Origin: Cyanobacteria bacterium P01_F01_bin.150
Lineage (GTDB): Bacteria > Cyanobacteriota > Cyanobacteriia > CAKZMO01
DNA: 64,000 nt
NCBI GenBank assembly: GCA_039189765.1
Contig: JBCCYL010000009.1
Location: forward strand, 54,984-118,983
Direction of reading: 5' to 3'
This document shows, one piece after another, positions 38,201 to 46,339 of the stretch. A program made the translations under genes and the position numbers. The notes beneath the pieces are model-generated. The model worked only from the letters and a program-made list of their open reading frames with translations. It was not told where the DNA came from and did not search any database. Position 1 is the stretch's first letter; each line of letters starts with the position of its first letter.

Positions 38201-39262
38201 CCTAATATCTCCACCAGCGATCGCCACATTTCCCTCTAACTCTGTTTCTTCAGAAATAGGCAATACGTCCACCGTGCCAGCAATTGTTACTGCTTCATCT
38301 TCAACAGAGATTGTTTGTCCTGAGGCTAAAGCAAGAGAGCCATCTGGATTAACCTTCACCGCATCAGCATGGTCCAAGTCTCCGCCAGTCAGAACCTCTG
38401 GCAGAGCTGCAACTGGGAGGGTCCAGGTTGCTAAAGAATCTATATTTGCATCATTGTTTGCTGGGTCTGCCGTCCCCAGTATTCCATCCAGAGGATCCAC
38501 ATCCAAGCTCAATACCTGACCCGCTAGGTTAAGACTCACTAACGATTGTCCTGGAACCGCTGCCAGCAAAACTTGCCCACCATCGCTAGCCAATGTACCT
38601 GTAGATAGCACCTGTCCCCCAATCAGTGAGAGCGTTTGCCCTTGGGTAACTGACAATGCTCCACCATTAAAAATAGGACCGGGTGTATCAGTTCTGAAAA
38701 CAAATTGATCTGGATTGCCGACTAACCTACTGTAATCGTTGATGCTTGCATCGCCTAGTACATCGAACCAACCATTTTCAAATCCAATACCCGTTGCAGT
38801 TGTAGCGGTGAAAGAAGCCGGGACATTTAGCTTGGCATTATCCCCAAAAAATACGCCGGCAGGGTTGACCAAAAATAAATTAGCATCTGCCCCAGTAATC
38901 GTTAATTGACCATTGATAATGGAGGGTGTGCCTCCCACCACCCGCGACAGAATATTCAATGTCTGCGGATCAACGATAAAGTTAGCAATTTGGTTTAGAT
39001 CAAGGTCAAACTGATCAAAACTATGAAAAACATTTTGCCCATTATTCGATAAAGTTCCGCCCGTAATATCAAATTGCTGATCATTGGGTGTTGTGACTAT
39101 CGTGCCTATCTGGTTCGGATTCTCGGGTGTAACGAATTGGGCCAACGCTGGACTAGCGAAGGGAAGGGTCAATATAGGAAGAGTCAATATGGAAAGGGAG
39201 CTGATGCCCAGTACCCGACATACCGCATTTGGATAGTTGGACGCAGAATATTGAACAGCCAT
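35237..39262 (-). CDS. TpsA-like haemagglutinin-N + Ig/cadherin-like + Pro/Thr linker + CHAT protein
   Basis: NVFHSFDQF, NLFLVNPAG; PTVTP repeats; HMATHARF, LSACQTA, HPYFWSAFTAVGNPW. Confidence 0.9.
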   Translation of the reverse strand: MAVQYSASNYPNAVCRVLGISSLSILTLPILTLPFASPALAQFVTPENPNQIGTIVTTPNDQQFDITGGTLSNNGQNVFHSFDQFDLDLNQIANFIVDPQTLNILSRVVGGTPSIINGQLTITGADANLFLVNPAGVFFGDNAKLNVPASFTATTATGIGFENGWFDVLGDASINDYSRLVGNPDQFVFRTDTPGPIFNGGALSVTQGQTLSLIGGQVLSTGTLASDGGQVLLAAVPGQSLVSLNLAGQVLSLDVDPLDGILGTADPANNDANIDSLATWTLPVAALPEVLTGGDLDHADAVKVNPDGSLALASGQTISVEDEAVTIAGTVDVLPISEETELEGNVAIAGGDIRLLDANINANGQIILEATNDIRIAAVSRGQFNLSTDASFIADADGNGQGDFSMASTDQNPADESTIPNDKLITNGNDVIIQGANILLGTIDTSFGNGNAGNITIVASGDVMGRSFLTAGVGENDGGDISVTGEGTVRIGVPNADDAEAFAPINTSSSSGSGGDVVLTGDLIQIIGTDKQGNSIITDGRSVVGSGPEDGDIDGNDGNFNVVIGSSENFSGSVQITHSGGSDNDDFIVGNGQNINADGTGTADVVLNGTSGAIRTGTEERLADGDFIDGEPTFLIEELIVQDQRFPVVTDDLGVSANGSDRVMITSVNSAPELTGTAEFATSEGTPVLISLGESLDPVTVTDADNDAVRLKVDSISDGAILTINGEPLEVDAEISLDDQILYTPAPGVTGEADVLQVVASDRVSTSSPITVTVDITAMPTPPPSVTPTPTVTPTPTVTPIPTVTPIPTVTPTPTPTVTPRPGPDLTLTPTPNIEPEPIPDGEPEPIVDAEKIRAPNPRERPDTVVLNPQLPEDLRPAIDTVVSNEVEAPIEIPPLPPVEFYTVNPINSLEQSTHLKTLETFFSNDFAAYLDLPEIETVSQELELAGPEGARQLAHEIEKATGERPGFIYISFVPPNFDTILTVEDLENYKGQNEDELELVVITARGGMIRRRVPGVTRSQVTRIAREFRGDITSPTRNATRHLNEANQLYRWLVEPIQDQLDLHGVTNLSFLADEGLRTIPFAAIHDGNNYLVENYSMGLMPSLSLTNTEYVDVRDSSMLAMGVSEETNGQTPLPAVPTELSTLIFDVWKGELFLNERATFDTLKDVRERTPFGIIHMATHARFQPGKYSDSYIQLWDDQLTMDKVRQLGWNNPAVEMLVLSACQTAVGSREAELGFAGLAVQTGVKTAIASLWAVDDVATTSLMTQFYNMLNTAPIKAEALRQAQLALVKGNVYIENGVLFIDGLEDGIPLPPESLATATTDLSHPYFWSAFTAVGNPW
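36800..36910 (-). repeat. 18-nt tandem repeats encoding (TP[T/I]PTV)n linker
   Basis: ggcgtcac(c/t)gt(g/a)gg... repeated about 6 times. Confidence 0.8.
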
Positions 39263-39500
39263 GATACTTTTTATACGTAGACTAATGACGGAAACTACAT
39301 TCACTTTTCGGGCTTTTCCTGTCGGGTCCGCAATCCTACGGATGGATGGCTATTGCAAAGGCCTGTATGCATTGTCCAAAGCCTTGCTGATCAAGGCTTT
39401 TAAGAGTTCTTTATCTTTCATCAAGTCTTGATGAATATCCTCTGGAGGATAGACATTAAACCGTTCGTGACCAAACCCCGCTATGATGAACGATTGATGT

Positions 39501-41657
39501 ATGGGAAAAGATATGGGCAGACGGCGTTCTATTTGGGTTTTGGTGGGCATCTTAGCCGCTGTAGTAATCATTACGCTTCAATCCTTCATTGGGCCAAATC
39601 TGGGGCAATTGTTGGGGCGAACTCTGGGACGCACTATGGGGTTTGGGGATAATGACTCATTATCTGTATTTGTCGTTGCAGATGCCCACTTTGGTTCGAC
39701 CCACCGCGATCAGCCAACCAATGAACAGATTCGGGACGCAATGCGTCACATTTATGGACGGTTTCCGGATTTAGATATGGTGTGGGATGCTGGGGATGCT
39801 CATCACAATACGGACTTAGATGTAGCAAGGGGAGAATGGCTTGCCTATCTTGCTGGAGAAGTGCATCAAAAGCCTCTGTACTACACTGCTGGGAATCACG
39901 AGCTTGATAACTTTAATAGCCCTTTTGATCCGGAAGAACGGGCTTCACAGTTGGGGAGTTTGACTGCACGCCCTTACTACAGCCTGGACATCAAAAATAT
40001 TCATCTAATTGCTTTGCCGGAATTAATTGATGTCAACTACCTGAGCGTGGAAGAGCTGGCTTGGTTAGACCTAGATCTTCAGCTTAATCAAGATAAAACA
40101 GTGATTATTATTAGTCACAATGCATTGACAGGGACGACAAAGACGAACGCTAACCAAATTGCCTATCGCAGACTTGCTAACAGTGATGCCATCCTTGAAC
40201 GAATGGAGAAATATAAAAATATTCGAGCTTGGATTCACGGCCATAATCATACCTATGAAGTGGTTAAACAGGATGACACTCTGTTTGTTTCCGCAGGACG
40301 AATCGGAGGGTTTAATGGCGATCGCAAGACCGATCTCAAACTAAAAGCTGATAATCTGGGGGGTATCTACTTTGAGGTCACTCAAAATAAATTAATGTTG
40401 CGGGCTTACAACGCGTCGAAGCAGGCATTTATGGATGAATTAGGGCATCCTAGTCTGTCCGCAACTCTAGAGTTTGATACGGGCTTAGAGCCAACATCTC
40501 CGGCTAGCCTCAGTTACGGCTATGGCTTAGCCCGAGATGGCCAACGGATTCCCGTTTATAATCACCATCTGGGTGCGACCCAGCGGGAGTTGTTTATCAG
40601 TGGTGCATCGGGGGCTATCTTTAGTGATAATCCTCAATTTACGTCCTACAGCCAAGATACAAAGCGGAGTAAGACTTTAAACGCGATCGCCATTTCTCCC
40701 AAAGAGTCCTATGAATGGCTAGAGCCATCAGTACGCTTACTGCCAAAAGCCGCCGATAAGAAGAAGATAAGCGTTAGTCTAGCGACTAAGCCAGCCGGTA
40801 AATGGGCGTATTACCGAGCTGCTCCCAATCATACCTACACCGCAACCCTTAAATTAAATGCTGCCGAAGGAGGCCAGAAAGTCCGGTTCTACGCAAAGCT
40901 ATTTGATAGTGATGGTAATTTGGTCACCACCTTACCTCCCGAGGCTCAAGATTTGACAAAAGCCTCCCAAACCCTCAGCTATCAGTTTCAGGTGCCAGAG
41001 CTGGCTGACTATCCCAGCATCTACACTGACGCCTCCTCGGACCGTCAACTACAGCTTGCTGTTGAAGCCGTATTTACTAAGATGGCGCAGCCTGTGACCC
41101 TAGAGCAATTTAGTTTGCAGATGGGAGATGCTGAAACAACTGCTCAGCCTGCCATCGTCGTTAACGACATGCGATATGAAGCAGAGGAGACCTTAACGGC
41201 CGACCAATCTGTTCACTTTGATTTATCCGCAGATATCCCCCAGCGCAGCGTGTTTGAAGCGCAGGCCAATGGCAACGGATTACTAACCTTTTTAGTGCGC
41301 GAGACTGATGTACAATGGCAGATCCGCAATGCTATGGCGACCCAACAAGATGATGCTCTAATGATTGGCCCCATGCGGAGGCAGTTTGGAGCATATCAGG
41401 ATATTATCGTCACACCTCTAAACCAGCAAACCCAGCCCTACCTCAACAAACTTAGCGGCATTGATCAGGCAAAAGTAATCTATGGGCGCAACAAGATTGA
41501 CATTGAGCTTCTGGACGTTGATGGCGAGACGGGAGAGCTAACGATTGTGGCGGATCAAAAACCCCGCCAAGTATCGGGAAGCAATGATTGGATATTTAAA
41601 GATGGCCAAATCGATATTGTTGCAGCTCAAAACGATCGAGTGGTCATAGATTTTTAG
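39501..41657 (+). CDS. Membrane-anchored calcineurin-like metallophosphoesterase
   Basis: DAHFG, GDAHH, GNHE, SHN, HGHNH motifs; N-terminal TM. Confidence 0.85.
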   Translation: MGKDMGRRRSIWVLVGILAAVVIITLQSFIGPNLGQLLGRTLGRTMGFGDNDSLSVFVVADAHFGSTHRDQPTNEQIRDAMRHIYGRFPDLDMVWDAGDAHHNTDLDVARGEWLAYLAGEVHQKPLYYTAGNHELDNFNSPFDPEERASQLGSLTARPYYSLDIKNIHLIALPELIDVNYLSVEELAWLDLDLQLNQDKTVIIISHNALTGTTKTNANQIAYRRLANSDAILERMEKYKNIRAWIHGHNHTYEVVKQDDTLFVSAGRIGGFNGDRKTDLKLKADNLGGIYFEVTQNKLMLRAYNASKQAFMDELGHPSLSATLEFDTGLEPTSPASLSYGYGLARDGQRIPVYNHHLGATQRELFISGASGAIFSDNPQFTSYSQDTKRSKTLNAIAISPKESYEWLEPSVRLLPKAADKKKISVSLATKPAGKWAYYRAAPNHTYTATLKLNAAEGGQKVRFYAKLFDSDGNLVTTLPPEAQDLTKASQTLSYQFQVPELADYPSIYTDASSDRQLQLAVEAVFTKMAQPVTLEQFSLQMGDAETTAQPAIVVNDMRYEAEETLTADQSVHFDLSADIPQRSVFEAQANGNGLLTFLVRETDVQWQIRNAMATQQDDALMIGPMRRQFGAYQDIIVTPLNQQTQPYLNKLSGIDQAKVIYGRNKIDIELLDVDGETGELTIVADQKPRQVSGSNDWIFKDGQIDIVAAQNDRVVIDF

Positions 41658-41728
41658 CGATCGCTCTCATCTACCCAGTGAAACATATCGCTATAGAATG
41701 TGACCAGCAGCTTAATTAAAACAGCACT

Positions 41729-42781
41729 ATGCGGCTACAGCTTGAATCCTTTACTGTCCATAAGCGCTTTGCCCTCACGATTAGTCGGGGCACCACGACC
41801 CAAACGACTAATGTATGGGTCCGCATTGAACAGGATGGTATTGAGGGCTGGGGAGAAGCATCACCGTTTTCAGTGGGAGGATCCCAAACCTCTGAAACGC
41901 TGATGGCTAGCTTAGAGGCGATCGCCCCTCTCCTCACTTCCCTGACACCATTTGATCAGGGTCCGGTCGAACGGTTAATGACTCAGGTAAAGCTGCCGTC
42001 TGCCGCTCGCAATGCCCTAGATGTGGCCATGCATGATTGGGTAGGCAAAAAGCTAGGGGTGCCGTTGTGGCAACTGTGGGGAGGCGAACTCGATCGCATT
42101 GTGCCCACCTCCGTCACCATTGGGATTAGCTCTCCTGATGATGCCCGTAAACGAATGCGACATTGGCTGAAACAGCTGGGGCCAGATAATGTGAGAGCCG
42201 TCAAAATTAAGTTGGGAAGTCCCGCTGGCATTGAAGCCGATCAGTCTATGCTGCTTGCAGTCAAAGCAAATGCCCCTCAAGATGCCAAATTTAGTATTGA
42301 TGCTAATGGTGGATGGACTGTTGAAGAGGCCCTATACATGGGAGATTGGCTGGCTGACCAAGGCATAACCTATATTGAGCAGCCGCTGTCCCAGGGGCAG
42401 GAATCAGATTTACCAAAGCTGTACAGGCGATCGCCCCTGCCTATTATTGTGGATGAAAGCTGCTTCAATAGTCAGGATATTCCAGCCCTCGCCCCCTGCG
42501 TTCACGGCATTAATATTAAATTGATGAAATGTGGCGGTCTTTCCGAAGCTCTGCGTATGGTGTATACAGCTCAAGCCCACGGCCTACAGATTATGTTTGG
42601 CTGTTATTCCGACAGTACTCTAGCGAATACCGCAGCTGCCCAGTTGGCCCCATTTGCTAACCACCTAGACTTGGATAGTCATCTAAATCTAATCGACGAT
42701 CCATTTTCAGGGGCAAATATTATGCAAGGCCGACTTTCTCCAACCACGCAGCCGGGAATTGGCGTGACAGTAGTGCATTAA
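41729..42781 (+). CDS. Dipeptide (L-Ala-D/L-Glu) epimerase, enolase superfamily
   Basis: GWGEA, KIKLG, DANGGW, EQP, DES, NIKLMKCGG, DLDSHL. Confidence 0.9.
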   Translation: MRLQLESFTVHKRFALTISRGTTTQTTNVWVRIEQDGIEGWGEASPFSVGGSQTSETLMASLEAIAPLLTSLTPFDQGPVERLMTQVKLPSAARNALDVAMHDWVGKKLGVPLWQLWGGELDRIVPTSVTIGISSPDDARKRMRHWLKQLGPDNVRAVKIKLGSPAGIEADQSMLLAVKANAPQDAKFSIDANGGWTVEEALYMGDWLADQGITYIEQPLSQGQESDLPKLYRRSPLPIIVDESCFNSQDIPALAPCVHGINIKLMKCGGLSEALRMVYTAQAHGLQIMFGCYSDSTLANTAAAQLAPFANHLDLDSHLNLIDDPFSGANIMQGRLSPTTQPGIGVTVVH

Positions 42782-42967
42782 CGCAAGACATAGCAGTATA
42801 AGGACAGAGACGTTTTTGTGGGGGCGTGGAGTGCCCCCACGTTCAAAAATCAAACCGGATCACTATATAAGGTGGATACTCAAGGAAATAGTAGATTTTC
42901 CCTAAAAATATATGGCAATCTCAGATTGCACATGGGTTATTAATGAGTGATTTGGGCATACTAGTAT

Positions 42968-43016
42968 CAAGATTAACAGAGCAGACCGCCCGGTGTTTCG
43001 TCACACCGGGCTTTTT
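42968..43016 (+). ncRNA. Candidate small RNA ending in an intrinsic terminator
   Basis: 9-bp stem gcccggtgt/acaccgggc + T5, ~200 nt past the nearest upstream stop; CATACT just upstream. Confidence 0.35.
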
Positions 43017-43280
43017 CATATGGAGAATTTGGGATGCGCAGTTGTACGCCCTAAATTCTCATGCACTCACGTACTTTGCTAAGCGTGACTGACTTATAAA
43101 CATTTAACGGTGTTGTTCAGCGCTCCGTGTCGAACAACATCGCATCGAAACATACACCTCATGACTTCTGCAAGTAGAGATAAAAATTAATAGATATTGC
43201 GGATACCAAGTTTAAAATCCTGTATATAGCTATCGAGAATAGAGAGCTATTTTGTATCTTTGTTGAGAGGTAGGTTTGGT

Positions 43281-43757
43281 ATGCTCAGTCAGTGTGAAGA
43301 TTTGAGTCAATCAACAGAAGGCCGCTATGCGACTGATGCTGAATTAGATTTTTTTCTTGAATATGTAGAATCATATCCAAAACGATTGAGCCTCTATCAA
43401 AAACTTCAGACTGTTGAATCGGACATTGTGGAGACGGTCCACCAGCGAATAATGGCTGATCATCCCCATCTGCTAAAAAATAATAAACGCGACATTACCG
43501 TCAAATGGAAACGCGACACGGTGCGAACGCTACGGGTGTCAGCGGTGGCTATTTTGCTAGATGATCCGACAACATTACAGGAACGCTATCTATTATGGTT
43601 CCAAAGCGTTATGGGAGCATTTAAAGCCCAGAAAAGTTGTGATATAACCTACTCCATCATGCAAGAGGTGGTTCATCATTTTCTAGAACCAGATGAAAGC
43701 AGTTTATTAATTCCTATTCTAGAGCTAAATCGCACGGCTTTAGGTATGAATACTTAG
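43281..43757 (+). CDS. Phycobilisome-family (globin-fold) protein, bilin Cys replaced by Trp
   Basis: EGRYATDAEL, KWKRDTVRTLR, LLWFQSVM. Confidence 0.75.
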   Translation: MLSQCEDLSQSTEGRYATDAELDFFLEYVESYPKRLSLYQKLQTVESDIVETVHQRIMADHPHLLKNNKRDITVKWKRDTVRTLRVSAVAILLDDPTTLQERYLLWFQSVMGAFKAQKSCDITYSIMQEVVHHFLEPDESSLLIPILELNRTALGMNT

Positions 43758-43968
43758 TTTTTTGTCAGGCAATCAACGAGGAGAAATAGCCCACCAGATT
43801 CTTCTCTCACAATAAAACTGGCATAGTACTCATAATTTCTGTAAATAAAGGCTTACATCCTGCGAGTGGTGTAAGCATGATATAGGGAATACTGAATTAT
43901 GGTTAAGACCATTTCAGGGAGCAACGGCAGATTCGCCCACTCATTTATCCATCACTCCATTTAGTTTT

Positions 43969-44652
43969 ATGGTCACTCTTATCGGTAATCAGCAACCGCT
44001 TAGGGAAAAGTACCCTAAGAAGCATAATCACTATAGCTTTCGCGATTTCTTCCAATTCAACCCCCATGCAGGCACCCTTGAAGACTGGAATAATAGTCGC
44101 AATGCTTTAGTCAGTGAGGACTTTATTATTGGCCTAATTGAAGGATTGGAAGAAGAAGTAGGAGAGGCCTCTGCCGCCACAATGTACACCATTGGGAACC
44201 ACTGGGGCCGCATTGATGCAGACTTCTTTAATAAATGGTTTCAGAAGGAATATGGCACAAATATTCGACAAACAAATCTAATGTTTTTGCTGGAAACCTG
44301 GTGGTGGCCCTTCACTGCTCAGGGCTGGGGGCGATGGGAAGTTGATATGGGCGATCGCAAGCAGGGATTCATGTTTATTAATTTATTTGACTCTGCCGTT
44401 GCCCGAACATTGGGAGATGTGGGCAAACCCGTCTGTTTCTTATATGCGGGACTATACGCTGGCTTTTTTTCTGAGATGGTCAAGAAAAAGCTGAGCTGTA
44501 TTGAAATTCAGTGCTACTCCATGGGGGAAACCTATTGCAAGTTTCTCCTCGGGGGGCAAGATCGTCTTGATGCCGCAGGGTTCTGGATGAATGAAGGTGC
44601 AACAGCACGAGATATTGAAAAGCGGTTACGCGGAGGTGAACGCTTAGGATGA
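43969..44652 (+). CDS. V4R domain protein (slr0144-like)
   Basis: KKHNHY, QGWGRW, KPVCFLYAG, CIEIQCYSMGETYCKF. Confidence 0.85.
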   Translation: MVTLIGNQQPLREKYPKKHNHYSFRDFFQFNPHAGTLEDWNNSRNALVSEDFIIGLIEGLEEEVGEASAATMYTIGNHWGRIDADFFNKWFQKEYGTNIRQTNLMFLLETWWWPFTAQGWGRWEVDMGDRKQGFMFINLFDSAVARTLGDVGKPVCFLYAGLYAGFFSEMVKKKLSCIEIQCYSMGETYCKFLLGGQDRLDAAGFWMNEGATARDIEKRLRGGERLG

Positions 44653-44945
44653 ACCTAGCTGATGCTTCTAAACGAGGGCCAAATGGCTCATGGCAAACCC
44701 TGTCAGTACAAGATTTTTTCTCAAAGGTTAATTGGGATAATGTTGTAGTCCAGAAAATGCCGCTGCCGATCGTCAAAGCCGGAGAGCGATCGGTCAACCC
44801 AAACATGACGGTGAATGACTTTTTCAACGCTATTCCGTGGGAAAGCGAAGCAGCTATTGCCGTGCCGTCCAAAATTGATATGACAAGCCCGGCCGAGGAG
44901 GAAGCTAATAATCTCACCCTTGAGGATTTTTTTGGTTCTTTTTGA
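44649..44945 (+). CDS. Small conserved protein of V4R operons with repeated xxDFF motifs
   Basis: LSVQDFFSKVNW / MTVNDFFNAIPW / LTLEDFFGSF; ATGA overlap. Confidence 0.7.
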   Translation: MNLADASKRGPNGSWQTLSVQDFFSKVNWDNVVVQKMPLPIVKAGERSVNPNMTVNDFFNAIPWESEAAIAVPSKIDMTSPAEEEANNLTLEDFFGSF

Positions 44946-45046
44946 ATATCGGCTTTTCACAAACATGTGATCGATCCCCCGTCCATTGGAGCCACACCAT
45001 CCTATTGGCATGCCCCAGTTAGAAGAATTTGACGAGGATAAAGAAG

Positions 45047-45529
45047 ATGCACCCACAGATTGAATCTATGTTTGATGAAGCGGAAAACCGCTACTTCAAC
45101 CCCGAAGAGTTAGTTTGTCTAAACCAATACGTTGAGTCTTTGCCAAATCGGTTAGAAACCTATCGATACTTGCGCGACCAAGAGATCACTATTATGCAAG
45201 AAGTAGCAGACAATTTAGAAAAAAAATTTTCTAATGAAGATGTTGCGGTCTTAGAGAGATGTCTAAAAAACGCGTTGCTAATCTTGCGTTATTCTGCCAT
45301 GGGTATGTTACTCAACGATAATAATTTTTTGAAATATCGCCTGATTAATTGGTTAGAAGGAACTGCCAAATCGTGTCAAACTGAGGCCATCGATCAGATC
45401 CTGTATCAGCTACTGGATGCCAGATTAAGCGATGTATTAATGCCCACCCAAGTTCAGTTGTTAGGGCCGCACCTTCAACAAGCAAAGAATGTCCTAATTG
45501 GTCAACGCCAAGTTCAGGTTATGGCCTAA
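45047..45529 (+). CDS. Phycobilisome-family (globin-fold) protein
   Basis: EAENRYF..EEL, ERCLKNALLILRYSAMGMLLND. Confidence 0.75.
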   Translation: MHPQIESMFDEAENRYFNPEELVCLNQYVESLPNRLETYRYLRDQEITIMQEVADNLEKKFSNEDVAVLERCLKNALLILRYSAMGMLLNDNNFLKYRLINWLEGTAKSCQTEAIDQILYQLLDARLSDVLMPTQVQLLGPHLQQAKNVLIGQRQVQVMA

Positions 45530-45647
45530 ATGCATACGCCAAGTTCAGACTTAAACTATCTTATTTCAACTCAGTTTTGTTGGGTGTCTTGCTCCCTTTA
45601 ACACCACTAACCACCTCTCCAATATATCCGAAAATAAGGACTGTTCC

Positions 45648-46304
45648 ATGATTTCTATTACTGATTTATTAATTGATAATCGTATTCCAAGCGATTATTT
45701 TGCCAATGAATTTTATGTTAAGGGAGATCTTGAGCTGGGACTATTGGAGAACCGCAAGGGCAACCGGCTGATTGCGATTCCAGAAACTCTCATTCGTGGC
45801 ATTTACGCTGGCTTACATCAAGAAACGGGCCAGGCTACGGGTATGGTTTTATTCAACTGCGGTCGCTGGTGGGGTAAAAGTTTCTATGCCCGTTTTTGTG
45901 AGGAGATTACGGACTACTATCGGGTTGCGGTTGCAGATATGACGATGGTTGAATTTATGCATTGTCTGCGACAATGCTGGGCAACCCATGGCTGGGGGCA
46001 GCTTGACCTCGATCAAACCTATCAGCAGAAAGGCTTTTTGGTGATTTCCATTACTAATTCTCCATTTACGAAGGAGGCTGAAAACACTGTTCAGCCTTCA
46101 TGTTCACTGGAGGCCGGTATCTTAAGTATCTTCTTTAGCCAGTTAACAAGTCGAGACTTACATTGTGTCCAAACGACATGTGAATCCATGGGGGCAGACT
46201 GTAATCGCTTTGTTCTTGGCCTTCAAAAACGAGTATTGCCCGCAGAATCACTTGTATCCCAAGGGCTTGACCATAAAATCATTATGGAAAAGTTGTGTGC
46301 ATAG
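45648..46304 (+). CDS. V4R domain protein (slr0147-like)
   Basis: GLLENRKGNRLIA, HGWG, SCSLEAG, CVQTTCESMGADCNRF. Confidence 0.85.
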   Translation: MISITDLLIDNRIPSDYFANEFYVKGDLELGLLENRKGNRLIAIPETLIRGIYAGLHQETGQATGMVLFNCGRWWGKSFYARFCEEITDYYRVAVADMTMVEFMHCLRQCWATHGWGQLDLDQTYQQKGFLVISITNSPFTKEAENTVQPSCSLEAGILSIFFSQLTSRDLHCVQTTCESMGADCNRFVLGLQKRVLPAESLVSQGLDHKIIMEKLCA

Positions 46305-46339
46305 TTTATCCTACAAATTAATCTTCGCGATTCGTTGCC

